Shown here: positions 35,993-50,203 of the stretch, in pieces
Layout of the letters: each line of letters starts with the position of its first letter
Numbering within the stretch: the stretch's first letter is position 1
DNA from: Octopus sinensis
Taxonomy: Eukaryota
DNA length: 64,000 bases
Assembly (NCBI RefSeq): GCF_006345805.1
Contig: NC_043003.1
Coordinates: 72,912,001-72,976,000, forward strand
Reading direction: 5' to 3'
Notes under the pieces: generated by a model
Told to the model about the DNA's origin: nothing
The model's database searches: none
Seen by the model: the letters and a program-made list of their open reading frames with translations, nothing else
Position numbers and translations under genes: made by a program

Positions 35993-38694
35993 TCTCTCCT
36001 ATTGAGATTTCGACTTCCGTAGGAAACGAAATTTCTTTTATCATCCTTATTTTTTTCTTTCTTGACAACACCTCTCCCTTTTTGAAATTTTGCTTCCCTG
36101 GGGAGTTCAGTACCTTTTCCGCTTAGGAATTATTTCTAAATGTTCAGTCTGTTTACGTTTTATGTTAATACTCCTTCTAGGCTCAGTTTCTTTCATGTTT
36201 GCACATCGAACATGTAAAATACTTGGAATTTTCTTCCTTTCTTCTGTATGTCTGATTTTTAATTGATTAAGTTGTCGTTTATGCTCCCATCGGCTGGCAT
36301 TTAATTAAATACATCATGTTTACAATTCTTTTAATCACAACACCATACTGCCAAATCTCTTGTATACCGTTCTTGTATACTTTGAAATTAAGTTTATCTC
36401 CGACATCAAAATGTTTAGTTGAATTTTTAAAAATCTTCTCTATACGTTCTTTCCTTTGGCAACAATTTGTTGATTATCGATTTAATCTTTCGAGCTCTGC
36501 AGGCGACTTGCCTGAACTGGTACTCAGATTGGGCGTTATTCTGTACACCTTTAAGAATTTAGTTAGCGCTTCGTCATTTCCTAACTCATCCCTTGCTTTT
36601 TTTTAGCGCTCGCTTGAAAATATCTACCAATCGTTCTGCTTGCCAATTTGTATTTATCCTCCGCTGATTTACTTTTTATATCTTGTACAGTCACTGGCAA
36701 CTCATGAATGACGACATTACACATAACAGTTTTAATTTCCTTTTCTGATTGTAATGCGGCTATTTTCGGAATTAGCATAGTTAAACAATCTGCATGGCCA
36801 ATTGTCTTTGAAAGAATGTAATCCATCTTAAAGTTGTAATTCAACAATATTGTACCCCAGCGTTGTAATCTGTTAGCTGTATGGTTAGGAATTCCTTTCT
36901 TCGATATGAAAATTGATAGCAATGGTCAGGGGTCCGCCTAAAGCCGAAACATTCTACCGTGAAGAAATCTGTGAAATTTCTTCACGGCAGAAATAATCGC
37001 TACAGCTTTTTTCTCTATCTGACAGTAAGTTTTTTCTACTGCAATCAGAGCACGTAAGGAATGAACCACTGCCTTCATATTAACGTCTTTATATTTGTGT
37101 AGCAAAACTGCTCCTACGCCGTATTCAGAAGCTTCAGAAGCTATAACAATCTCCGCTGCAGGATCGAAATGAGCCAGCGACAAATCCGAAATTAATAATT
37201 TTTTAGTATCCTGAAACGCCTTTAGACAGTTATTGGACCAATTCCATTTGGCATCTTTCTTTAGCAAATTATTAAGTGGAGATTCATACATGTTTGGTAT
37301 GTAATTTTGACAATAGTTCGCCAGGCCAAGAGAAGCTTGTAATGGGGGAAGCATATTTTTAATTGCGTCTACTTTGAGAGGTCAGGTGATCTTCCATTTT
37401 TATGTATAAATTCTTCTAAATACTTAATTTTAGGCAAAAAGAATTCACATTTCTCCTGAAAAACATACTTCACATGTTCAATAACTTGATCACAAGATTC
37501 ACTTTTAATTAATACATCATCGAGATATAGAATTGCAAACTGACAGTCCGCCAACATCACATCCATAACCTGTTGAAATATTGCACGTGCGACCTTCAGA
37601 CAAACTGACAATCTATTATGTTTGTATTCATCGGTGCGTAGTCACTGTTAGAAGCTTCGAGCATTCCTCACTTACTTTAATTTGTAGATACGCATCAGAC
37701 AGATCCGGTTTCGAAAATATTTTGCTACCATTTGACTTTTCAGAAATATCCTCCAGAGTAGGTAGTGGATAGTGGCACATTCTTAGACAGTCATTCAAAG
37801 TAGTAAATTGGTTGCGTTTATTTTTACCAAGAAAACTTTTGCTCTACAGGTTTTTCCCTGAAATGTGATATCACTCCATACTTCACCTACGAAGTGTAAT
37901 TTTTCACCAGTCACGCCTCGTGCAATTTTTTATGTTTTCTTAACGTAGGTTTCCCAATTCTTATCCCCGTGTCGGTATTAATAATCAAGATGTCGCAACC
38001 AGTATCTAGTTATAATTTAATATTCACTTCGTTTACTTTTAGATGTACAAATTACACCTTTTTGGTGTTGCTTCTACTTTTCGTTGAGAAAACTTTAGAA
38101 TTTTAAAATCTTCGACCTTCCTAACTTTGCTCTGCAATGCGAGCTCTTGTGTCCTACTTTTTGGCAACTGTTACATTTTTGCGTTTTGAAAGGAGAATCC
38201 TTCATGAAATGTAGGGCTCCACATCCGTATTATGGGTTTGATCTTAACATTTTCCTTTGTTTATACCTTCCCGGTCGGCACGCTTGTACTTGTGAGAACT
38301 CCTTTTCTTCAATTTTCTTTACGTCATGACGTAAGTTTGCCATTCTTTGACACTCCTCTGCAATTGTCTGCAGGGTTAAACTTTGGTCCGCTTGTTCATG
38401 ATTTATAAAGATTTTCCTCGTCTTTGCCGTAAGCCTTTGTACAAAAACGAGGCACTTAAACATATCAAGAGTTAGTTTTTTTCAGTTTAAACCTTTCACA
38501 CATTCGGTTTACGGTTCCGTCATACGTGTCAAAGTCTTCATCCTCTTTTTAAACTAGATTCCAACACTCCCATCGAGTGTTAAATAAGGAACTGAATAGT
38601 TTTCGAATGAATATTTTTCGACTGTATTCTGGAAACAAATTTCACTAGTTTTTTTGGTTGTTCGAAATTACAATATTTTCCATGTTCTCACTCA

Positions 38695-38762
38695 GACCAC
38701 TACTATTTATAGTTGTTCAGTCAAGTCTATTCTCGCAGGGGTGTCGTGGCTCTTGCACAACA
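38695..38762 (-). repeat. Remnant of the 5' LTR of the gypsy element
   Basis: TCAAGTCTATTCTCGCAGGG...CACAACA is shared with 35920-35992. Confidence 0.75.
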
Positions 38763-39369
38763 GGCTACCACCCTATAAATACTGAAACGAATCAACCTGT
38801 CAAAGACAGGAATCTATAAAGAGAAAGTTACTATACCAGATGGTTCTCCGAGACATACATCCGATATGGAACATACATCTAATATCAAGGAAAGGTTCAC
38901 AGAAACCATGGACTATTTTGAGGCTAAGAAAGATATCTTCCTATCCAAGTTCAACTTGTGAAATATACTATCATCAAGGTATCTACTTACTCACTAGTAT
39001 TAGCTCACAACCTTTAGATTTCGTTTCTTCCAGTTACAGGGGAAACAATGTGACCGTCCAGATTTAAATACATTCGTAACATACTGCTGAACCGCACACT
39101 AGTTTTCTCTTTAATCGTTTCTCTATTTTTCTCATCTGAAACCTACCAAAAAGGGATATTTTGGATTCAAAATTCAGTTGCAATTATTCTAAGCTTCCTC
39201 TTTTTCTGAATTGATAAAGAATATCAATCCTGCGCCCGGATTTTTCCTGTTCATACGCACGCGTGCACTCACACACGCGCGCACTCACACACACGCGCAC
39301 ACTCACACACACGCATAGAAAAGAGAGACAGATATATGAGTAAACGAGAGAGAGAGAAAGAGAGAGAGA

Positions 39370-39421
<52 letters not shown>

Positions 39422-40464
39422 TGGTAAATGTGAGAGTTGTTTCAAGCTATTACAATAAAAATATATCTGTGTTGTTAGGTCAATCTTTCTTAACGGAAGT
39501 TATTTGCAGTAATGTAGGGGCAACTTAATAAAAATTCTTAAGAAATTACAACAAAAAGAAATAAGCATAAATACCGTTTACATAACAATCTTTCACTGGT
39601 AAATTTGTCACTAAATGCAATGATTAAAGCATTTGTTATATAAATCCACCATGTTTTCTAATAACAATTCACCATGTTTTCGTGCGACATATCTGACGCC
39701 ACCAAAAGAATTTATTTTCTGTTATATTAAATTTTTCCCATTATATCAAGTCCATTTATTAATTTGCAAATGGCAGATGTTTATTTTTGTAATTTTTATT
39801 GTATTTTTTCCCACATATTGGTATCATTCGTTTACAATATTTGTGAAATGAGATATTACAGTAGTTATATGTAAAGCCATTCATTTGTCTTATCAAATAG
39901 GATATATTTCCCATAAATCATGAGATGTTGATCAGATGCAAAAAAACAAAAATCACAGTCAAGGGGAAGTGGACGCTATAATATGGTAAAATTTATGAAA
40001 TAAACTCATACATTTATATGTGAGTCGACTATATTTGCAAACAATGAAGAAAATGTGAAATTTAAAGAAGTATCTGCATTATTCTTAGCAGAAAGGTAGA
40101 TCAACCGAATTAGGAGATAGACTGAGAAGTGCCTTGTGATATTCTAGAACTGTTGAGTTCAGTTTTTCACCGAGGTCACCTTATATTTTATCTCCTTTGG
40201 TTATATTAAACGAATACCAATGTAATACTGGGCTTAATATAACTGACTGCTCCGTAGCCACAAAAATAGGAGGGAGGTGGAGGTCTATTAGAAATTTTCT
40301 TCATTGATATTGAATAACAAGGGGAAAATAAGAAGAGTGTCTGAAAAATGACATAGCATTCACACTTGAAATCTCGTTCGACTTTAGTTTTCTTCATTCT
40401 TTCGAGATCTGTAAAGTAAGTATCAACATAAATACTGGTGTTATTTTCATAGACTCCTTTGGCC

Positions 40465-40534
<70 letters not shown>

Positions 40535-40536
<2 letters not shown>

Positions 40537-41830
40537 CTTTTAATCTGCATGTTGTTGTTACAATGACTCGCCGAGACACATACAGCGTCCTAGGGTGAGT
40601 GAAGGATAAGAGATGTTAAAGTATGACTGAAAGATTGGGAAAGTAGCGAAATATCTTCATGTTATATAACACAGACATCTAAATTGAATGGGATGTGGGC
40701 AGTTCCTGTCAGCACAATCTTTTGGATTACTCTGTGACATGGCTTTCCTGGGATGTTACCAAGATGTTTCTGACATATATTTTATCATACCTAGGGCACC
40801 TACAATAACAGGAACAGTTCTTGCTTTAAGATGCATCATATTTTGTATTTCAATTCCCAGGTCTTTATATTTACTTAATTTGTCAAATTCCTTTACAGAT
40901 ATATTTTTATCAATGGGAACACTATTTATCTACAAGCATTTCCTTCCCAGTCTCTAATGATTATGTCTGGTCGATTAGCCAAGATCTTTCTGTCGGTGTT
41001 GACTGGTAAATTCTAGAAGTAGTCACATTTTTACCTACAGCAACTGACTCAGGATGATGTTTATACCAGTAAGCAGGAATGCCAATTTTGTAGTGTTTAC
41101 ATATTTTCCAATGTAAATACTGTCTTACTCTATCGTGGTGAGTTTTGTATTAGTTTAGTATCAGCACAGGACATCCCGAGACGAGATGGTCTATTGTTTT
41201 GTCAAATGTGTTGCAGGATCTGCATTTAGGGTTAGAACCGTTTTGAAGAACGTTAGTCTGGTAGTTTCTGGTAAGCAACTTCAATCTTGTGCCACCTATA
41301 CGAAACCATCAGTGTCTGGCTTTCAGTCCTGAACTTCTCAGCCACTGATGGGTTGTTGTTTGGTCTACATCAGCATTTCAACTTCGAAGAATATACTGCC
41401 CATGCAGGGCTTCTGACTCTACCGCTCCTCAATTAGTGTCTGTCCGTTCCTTTTTGAAGTGTGTTTGATCCGTTTTGCTTGTTTGCTGGCAGTAGTTTCA
41501 GGTTCTTGATCGAATTCAGGGTTAATGTCAAGTTCTCTTACGAACTTGAAAACTCCCTTGACAATAGAATGTGATCTTTTGCTGCTTTCGTGTTTGCACA
41601 CAAGTCGCAGCACCCAGTCCCCTGTATTATGTAAGTACATGTTCATTGATATAGTGGAGGTCTTATAGCACAGTTATACACGCAACATTCCTCTTCTGTT
41701 CCTTCTAGGTAGGTACAGTCGACCAACGTCTGCTTTTGGGTGGTGCATGTTCTTAGTTGTTAGTAGTTTTCTTGTCTTTTTGACCACGCGTTGGAGCTCA
41801 GAAAGATTCAAGTTAATGATGTTAAAAGTG
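40535..41830 (-). mobile_element. R4/Dong-like RLE LINE 3' portion followed by (AAT)n
   Basis: KTRKLLTTKNMHHPKADVGRLYLPRRNRRG; ANRPDIIIRD; KEFDKLSKYKDLGIEI..VPVIVGALG; IQKIVLTGTAHI. On the minus strand, (AAT)n at 40467-40534 follows the 3' end. Confidence 0.88.
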
Positions 41831-43167
41831 CTTGAGTGTTAATGTTTTTTTTTTGTCGGCAACCAGACATGACGATATCCGGTCAGACTGTGACCGGATA
41901 TTAGTGGGGTGTGAGTTCGATCCTCATGACTGGTTGCCGATAAAATTTTCTGTTTTAAAATGATTTTATCCTATATATGCTGTTCTGTTAGTATTTACGT
42001 GTTGAAAAGTATATCTTTCTACTTGTTCTACAATAATATTAATAATAATAATTATTATTATCAATGTCATTCTCATTGCATGTAAGTTTGTTTGTTAACA
42101 GTTATTTAGTAAGCCTATTGAGTTGCTTTTAAAACTAACTAGCGTCCTAATTAGCACCATAGTTCTGTTCCTTTTTGGCCCTTTGGGGCAGATTCTTTTA
42201 TATTTTGAATTTTTATTTTCATTTTTTTATAACTCACCGATTTTTAAAATGTTACAGCTTTTAATGGTGGCGATAGTGGTAGTGAACAAAACTGTTCGAT
42301 AATATTACTGATTAGCCAAGTTGGAAATGATTTCTTCAAGACAAACCCTTGTGAAGTTAAAGTAACGTAACAAACTTTACAGTAAAAAGTCTATTGGGAC
42401 CTGTTGGTGCGATAGAGGGCTGGTTTTCCGATCCCCAGCCAACATGTTATCACTAGACAATCGAAAGAACCGATAAGCGATCGCTCCATTTTCCAATAAC
42501 AACAAACCGCATCCTACTGTCTTATCAAATGTAACTACACATCATAGAGCGTAATCTCAGATATGCGTAATCTGAAAAGGTATTCACATCATTTGAAAGT
42601 TTTTGACCTGTGGTTAAACAGTAGTAACTGAGAACTTATTCCACTATATTGTAAATTTCCTGATCCATATCCCCTACACTTCCTCCTCCTACCCACTTCT
42701 TTTCCTTTCCTTCCTTCTCATCCACCTCGTCATCGTCGCTGTCGCCGCTATCACCACCTCTACTACCACTATCCTTTTTATTGCCTCTTCTTAATCCCAT
42801 TCTTGTTCTTCTTCTTTAGCTCATATTTCTCCGCTTCCTCGTCATCATCATCATTACTGATTGGACAATACATGAATGTAGAAATAATAAATGTTAAATT
42901 GTGTCATAAGCGATGTGAATTTCAGCAGGAAATCAAATTTAACAAGTTCCCTAATGCAAGTTTTCAACGGAAAACGAAGGTCATCATGGCATATTCAGAT
43001 TTCTTAACACAACTTGGCATGAATCGTTGCAGTAAGTAGATTTAAGTGTCTTCTCCGATGGAATAAAGAACGATTGTGACAGAAATATCGCTGTTAACTG
43101 AACATGTCATTAACGATTTAACTGAACCAATTAGTCTTTCAGATTCTTAAGTTCAGCAGAATTTAGC

Positions 43168-43251
<84 letters not shown>

Positions 43252-43306
43252 GTCTGTCTGTCTGTCTGTCTGCCTGCCTGCATGTCTGTCTGTCTGCCTG
43301 TCTGCC

Positions 43307-43347
<41 letters not shown>

Positions 43348-43426
43348 GCTTGTCTGATTGTCTCTTTCGCTGTTTCTGTCTGCCAGTCCTACCAAACCCC
43401 ATGCATGCATGCATCCATCCGTCGAT

Positions 43427-43566
<140 letters not shown>

Positions 43567-44319
43567 ATACACATGCATACATCTGTACATACTTCCTTTT
43601 GTTATCGACATAAGTCACAAAATGACTTGAGGGCGGATAGTTTCGTGCATTATGCTTATCAAACTATTTCAAAGTCTGGGAGTTTGCTCTTATGTATTCG
43701 GTTGGAAATAAAATCCTATCTCACTTCAATATGGGAAACAAGCACTTGCTTCTTCGACTTAATTGATGTATTTCATCAAGATATTTCCCCCACCCCTTTA
43801 CTGATAACATCACATAAGAGCGACACCGCTTTATGATTGATTAATGAGAATACTTCTTTTGCAAATTTTTGTGCAATACTTCTAATTGACAACAACACTT
43901 CGCATTAACTACTTTGATTTGACACATCCTAATCGATGACACCCTACATATTCCAGCAAACATATTTTCCCGGGGTACGTTCTTGGTTTGGGAAGGGATT
44001 CTCCATTTGACTGGGTGCCGAGCATGGTTGTTTTCGCTGGCTATGATTATAGAAAAGTCACATTTCATCAGCTGTGATTACTCTGCCAATGAAAGTTCCG
44101 ATGCAAGTCTACTTTTCAAGGACGAATAGAGGGAAACTTTTTGATTAAGCTCAGAAGTAGTCAGATGATGAGGGACCCACGACCAAGATTAGACACTTTT
44201 CCTATTTCACAGAAGTGTTTTATGATCGAATTGTGACAACGAAACCATTATATTATAATAGTTATGTTTCTTTTACCGTCAGTATTGAAAAGGTACCCCC
44301 AAATTGATCATATGAATAC

Positions 44320-44593
44320 ATATTGCCGAACCGCAAAGTTGCGGGGAAGTAAATATTCTAGCACCGGTTGGAATGCGATGGTCGAGGGTAAACACAAACA
44401 CAAAGACACATACATACACACAAATATATTTATACGACGGGATTGTTTCAGCTTCCGTTTACCAAACCCATTCACAAATCTCTGGTCGACCCGAGGCTAT
44501 AATAGAAAATATTTGCTGAAGGCCCCACGCTGTGGGATTGAACCCTGAACAATGTAGTAGGAAACAAACTTCTTACCACACATCCATGCCTGC
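44320..44593 (-). mobile_element. SINE family A, diverged, lacking the tail
   Basis: TTCTTACCACACATCCATGCCTGC end; GAGGCTATAATAGAA; GCCGAACCGC. Confidence 0.8.
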
Positions 44594-44804
44594 ACTTAAA
44601 TGTTTATTTTATATTTTGGCACAGTGGGTCTCGAAACAAAGTATGCTATAGAAAATAGCGTAAACATATTGGGTTAAAAACATTTTCACTTTTCCTAGCC
44701 AAGAATTTTTTACTCAAGATTTACTCACTAATGTCGATAGCTTTGTCTGGTTTCAGATCCAACGTTCCTCAAAAAGAAAGTTTCTAAAATCTTATGACGC
44801 CAAC

Positions 44805-44888
<84 letters not shown>

Positions 44889-44945
44889 CGTGTGTGTGTG
44901 TATGTATATGTATATGTATGTATGTATATATGTATGTATATATAT

Positions 44946-45006
<61 letters not shown>

Positions 45007-45234
45007 CGTGAACTTCATTTAGATGCATAAACTAAAAAGTAAAAATTAATTCATATTCAAGTTTCTATTCTGAAGTATTTTAAATGTCAAATTAACGAGT
45101 TAATGTTTAGTAACTTACTCACGAAATGACAAACAATCTTTTTGTGTTCACTTGAACACCACTTCTAGAGAAAATCTCTAAGTAGAGACTATGTGACATT
45201 TACAATTTTAAAATTTACATTGTACATACATACT

Positions 45235-45266
<32 letters not shown>

Positions 45267-45613
45267 CACACACACAGACGTGTGTGTGTCTTTCTCTATG
45301 TATTACGTTTGTACGTAAGTTTGTGTTTTTTGTCTTTGTTGTGTGTCCGTTTGATTTTCTCTGTTTAAAGAACTATATTTGTAGTTATTTCGATTCATGT
45401 TTGATATATTGAAATGTCTGGTTTGTGTTTGCTGTATTTCTCCGGCAAATAGAAGATATACTTGGCCATTTTCACACAGTCATTATTAAATTAAATCAGT
45501 TCCATCCTGTCATTGACTCTGGTGGAAATCGCACACGTACATACACATACATCCACAAAACACTCTCTCTCTCATACACAGATACACGCTCACACACATA
45601 CATGCATACAATC

Positions 45614-45651
<38 letters not shown>

Positions 45652-45689
45652 CATATACATATACGCACATACATACATAGGACAATTAC

Positions 45690-46200
45690 TCATTGTTTCT
45701 GAAAATACATGCCAAAGAGATGGGGAGTCTGAAGGGAAGTCTTTACTTTGTTATGAAATTCTGAAAAGATATTGGGATGGGGTTTGTCGAGGATAAGTAT
45801 TGTTATATGGTTGTAAAACAAGGAGAAAACTACTCGCCCATGTAGTGACATTACTATGAATGTCCGGAGTATTTCTCCGATATCGGATGAAAAATACAAA
45901 TACTTAGAAATGGATGAAAACATTTCCTATGAGGTAACTTGCGACAAGGAACATGTGACAAGTCGTATAACAACAGAATATAAAGAAATATGGTCCTCAG
46001 AATTTTCTGCATTTAATAACCTAAAATGTGTTTGCTGTACCAGTGTTTATGCCAAACTTTTGGTAGCTCGATTAGACGCTAGAAGAGTTCTAGGTTATTG
46101 ATGCTAGAACACGCAAATCGTTAACCTATTCCAGGAATCTACACAACAGTGATTAGACTTTCTCTAATTACTTAAAGCAAAAGCAAGGTAGTAGATAGTA
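45690..46200 (+). mobile_element. R4/Dong-like RT C-terminal fragment
   Basis: YKYLEMDEN..KEIWSSEFSAFN..FAVPVFMP..IDARTRK; same family type as 11700-12000. Confidence 0.7.
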
Positions 46201-46559
46201 ATCGTCGACCCAAACAGCCTTTGGATATTCATCATATTTCTTCAACAATATCTGTTAACTACCAAAAGCCGAAGTCCTGCCATGTACAACAATGTAAACA
46301 TCTCGTCAGGGAAAAAGGAGAAGCAAAACACATCAATAAGCCATTTTAACCGAATGTGACTACCGCGTATATGATGAAGGGGACGCTGGCAAGTTAGTTT
46401 TTAAAAAACCGTTAATAGATTGAACGTCAAAGGCACTTTAGAGAAAGGGAATGAGGTGACAGAAAGAAATTAACAGAAAATTAACAGTGGAGAAAAAGAG
46501 TGGGATAGATGAGTGGAAATAAAGCTTAAAAGTGTGTAAATAGATATTTATAGGGGAAA

Positions 46560-46830
46560 TGAAATGTAAGAAGACAGTCAAAAGTCAAATTTTATTGACT
46601 GGTAGAAACTACTTATAGGAACTAACTAAAGGTATGTATTTCCAATGTTTGTAACGATAAAAGCGTTTTTTTAAAGGTGTTTACAAGAGAATTCTCCGAG
46701 ATCAGAATGAAATATTGTTCTTCGGTACAGAGCGGACAAAAGGAGTTACCTTTGTCATATGGAAAGTATCTAGATAGAATATTCCATTCGAAACCAAATT
46801 GTTTATTATGTTCCTTTAGTAAATTCATTT
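46560..46830 (-). mobile_element. Penelope-like GIY-YIG C-terminal fragment (same type as 8283-10700)
   Basis: LLKEHNKQFGFEWNILSRYFPYDKGNSFCPLCTEEQYFIL..LVN, matching the W.IL..PY..G..C.LC..EK..IL pattern. Confidence 0.7.
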
Positions 46831-46834
46831 GGTC

Positions 46835-47580
46835 TCTAAAGGAGAATTGGAAAAGATCCCTGGACAACTGTTTCATCCTCTGGAATGTAAACACAAACTC
46901 CTGGAATTCAAAAGACTATTGAACAGCGTCAACCCCAAGAGAATCTACCATTGTTGGATATATTAGTTAAAAAAATAAACCTAAAAATAGAAACGGACAT
47001 ATTTTACAAAACTACAGACTCCAAACAATATCTACTATTCAATTCCTGCCACCCAAAACACCAAAACAAGCATCCCATTCAACCTTACAAGAAGGATATG
47101 CACCGTAGTGCCAGAAAAAATACCAGAGATGGCCAGAACTTAAAAACACCCTCCCCGAAATTACTGCCGTATATATCCACTAACAACTCCAGAAACAATG
47201 AAGCTTTCCCCATCATCACCCAAAATGTGCCAAAGCCAAATATGGACCTCAAACTAAAGGAAATTTTACACACACATAAGATCATTAAAAGCTACTAACA
47301 ACCGAAGTCACTAAAAAAGATCTTCACAAAGGCAAAATTATTTTCTAAAATAACGGACGCAAAAGTGAAAAAATGTGGTCGACCAAATCGCGCAACATGC
47401 TCCATCCTACTAGAATGATACCCTTCAGTGAACACATTGACAGATGCGCAAAACAACTGCTACCACAATTTGTAATCTTTCCATTTTTTCAATGTGCTAT
47501 TGGAACACCAACACAAGTTAGATTAAATAAGGAAACCTACTTCATTGAAAAATATAAGCCAAAACTTAACCATTTCTAAC
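46835..47580 (+). mobile_element. Penelope-like RT C-terminus + internally deleted GIY-YIG (similar to the 2386 fragment)
   Basis: WKRSLDNCFILW (WKRYLDD-like), LDILV..TDIFYKTTDSKQYL..SCHPKH, KCGRPNRATC, SEHIDRCA..ETYFIEKYKPKLN. Confidence 0.85.
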
Positions 47581-48119
47581 ATTTTATTTTATCAGAACCA
47601 AATCATGTTAAATTAACAAAGCCTAATCATTCCCGACATTTTTGAATATCTCCCTTATACCGAAAAAATCCCTGATTACCTCCCCCTGTCTCGACCTCTT
47701 CTACATCATACCATAACGAATAGATGACACAGCATCAGTAAAGGAATTTGAAAAGAAAATGCGAAACAAGTTATTTATCCCAAAACAATGTCACTTTGCA
47801 CAAAATTTTATATCATTTTCCTAGAATGGCGATTTTAATATATGTTTAACCATATAATACAAATCATCTGTAGTTTTTCATCCTATTTTGTTTTATGTAT
47901 ATATATATATGTATTCACCACACATATTCATATACATGTATATACTCATATACACGCATACCTACATATACATACAAATGTATAAAACATATTTTCCCCT
48001 TATAACTTAGGTAAAATTACTAAGATTATGAATAACTGAAATAAATTTATAATTTATCGAAAATTTTAGATTATCATGGAAAATAGAATATAAAGTAATA
48101 TTTAACCAATCCAGAAATT

Positions 48120-48162
48120 ATAAAGACATCGAATGAAAAATCCAATTATTTACACACATGCG

Positions 48163-48199
<37 letters not shown>

Positions 48200-48257
48200 A
48201 CGCATGTGTGTAAATAATTGGATTTTTCCTTCGATGTCTTTATATGTATATAAATAA

Positions 48258-48295
<38 letters not shown>

Positions 48296-48333
48296 ACGTA
48301 TGTGTGTAAATAATTGGACTTTTCATTCGATGT

Positions 48334-48337
<4 letters not shown>
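48120..48337. repeat. (TA)n-centred palindrome with a third arm copy
   Basis: 48120-48164 is inverted with 48199-48243 (1 mismatch); a second inverted copy lies at 48295-48337. Confidence 0.92.
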
Positions 48338-48380
<43 letters not shown>

Positions 48381-48772
48381 CACACAAAGATATACCTATA
48401 CCCACATACGCACATACGTAAAATGTATATTTATACACATGTATGCACATATATACACATTGAAAGTCAATATATAATTATATATGCCTATAAAAACTTA
48501 CACATGTTAGTTTATACTGATATTAACATATGTACAAATATATGCACTTATACATGCCCACTGTATACATAAAAAAGTAAGAGTATTTTATAACTAAAAA
48601 CATATATATATATAAATATAAATAAAGATTTATAGGTATAATACAGTAATATAGTAATATTAAAGAATATCATGCGAGCGTAATTTATACATACATATTT
48701 GTATCCATTGCTTATGTACGTGATTTTATGCGTGTATTTGTGTATTTATATCTACATATGTGCATATATTGT

Positions 48773-48805
<33 letters not shown>

Positions 48806-49489
48806 ACCTAGAAGTTTATATCTTGAATGTGTACGCGTGCATACGTGTGTATATATGTATGCGTATACATATATACATGTATATATGTATGTATATATGT
48901 ATGTATATATGGTCACTGTATATATAATAAGACGCAGGTATTTTCTGACTATGTTTATTTCGTGCTTTATCTATTTTTCATATTAATTCCATCAATTTTT
49001 TAAAAACAAATTATATGATCATTTATTCTCTCATTCATACCATACTATTATTTACTGCAACTCACTAGCTAACAACCTTCATTTATCATAATACATTCGA
49101 CTACCCACTGGCCAAGGTTTATACGAATATTATTAATTAAATAACATTCAGTCTGTTGAGATGTTTTGGAAGAATAATATCTAATAACCTAAAGGTATGT
49201 CTTTTCTACTCCTGTGACGAGATTTTGCTCAAAAAGTGTTTTAATGTTTGGAGTTTAATTCTTTGGGCAAAATAGAAACAGCTGTGAAAGAACATGTTGA
49301 ATTTTTGCAGTTAATAAATTATATTAATGCTAAATCTCTATTTCCTGAATTTTAATTTGAATATTTATAAACCAAGATTTATACTTATTTTTATGAATAT
49401 TACTATCCACACAAAAAACATTATAATAGATAACAAAGCAGTAATTCATTCGATATTTTTTATCCCTTAATGAGGCTATGTAACCCCCC

Positions 49490-49544
<55 letters not shown>

Positions 49545-49546
<2 letters not shown>

Positions 49547-49735
49547 TATGTGGTTCTCTGTGTTTATGTTTGTACTCCCACCCATCACCGCTTGACAACC
49601 GGTGTTGTCCCCGTATCTAGCGGTTTGGTAAAATTACTGATAGAGTAATTACTAGGCCCAAGAAATTAGTCCAGGGGTCGATTCGTTCCACTAAAGCCCT
49701 TCAAAGTAGTGCCTTAACATGGCCGTAGTCAAATA
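49545..49735 (+). mobile_element. SINE family A-like, 3' half
   Basis: CGCTTGACAACCGGTGTTG..GGGGTCGATTCGTT..CATGGCCGTAGTCAAAT. Confidence 0.75.
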
Positions 49736-50095
49736 AATAACAGAAAGAAACCATCTTTAGGATCTCAAACCCTTATCTTCATTTTCGACATATGTTTATA
49801 CATTTTTCGCTGGTAATCTTTTTATATTTCTCAGTTAAAATTTCACTTCATTTTTAAAGCACTGATGAAGATACAGGATGGTACAGAAACATTCAATTAT
49901 GTGTGTATTGCGTGTTATTGCAGAAACAGTTGTAAGATAATGAAGTTCATGGCAATTTCTTATTCCCTTTCATTTTGAGTTTTCATAACTGCTCTGTACT
50001 GGAGTGATATTTTGCTCTGAAGCATATGTACACTGAGTTCAAACCATAGAGTATGAGTACCGCTATATCTTAGTGATATACTACTACTACTACTA

Positions 50096-50158
<63 letters not shown>

Positions 50159-50203
50159 ATAATAATAATAATAATAATAATTATAATAATAATAATAATA
50201 ATA

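Larger units (their letters stand above)
35698..38762 (-). mobile_element. Ty3/gypsy LTR retrotransposon, degenerate and internally deleted
   Basis: gag knuckles (CNSCQKVGHKSSHC), protease LDTG, RT YLDD (FQQVMDVMLADCQFAILYLDDVL), RNaseH (IASEASEYGVGAVL..YCQIEKKA..KKFHRFLHGR..RLQRW) and integrase C-terminus (GKSPAEL). Confidence 0.9.

Noticed and set aside
35690-38770. Target-site duplication for the gypsy element
   Set aside because: The flanks (GGGGC/GCTGTAT versus GGCTA) do not match.
42258-42361. AG...GT-bounded 104-nt open frame (FNGGDSGSEQNCS...)
   Set aside because: Short, with a weak donor and no homology recognised.
49862-49894. CTGATGAAG...GAAAC hammerhead-like string
   Set aside because: Stem II and stem I pairings are poor; at best a decayed motif.
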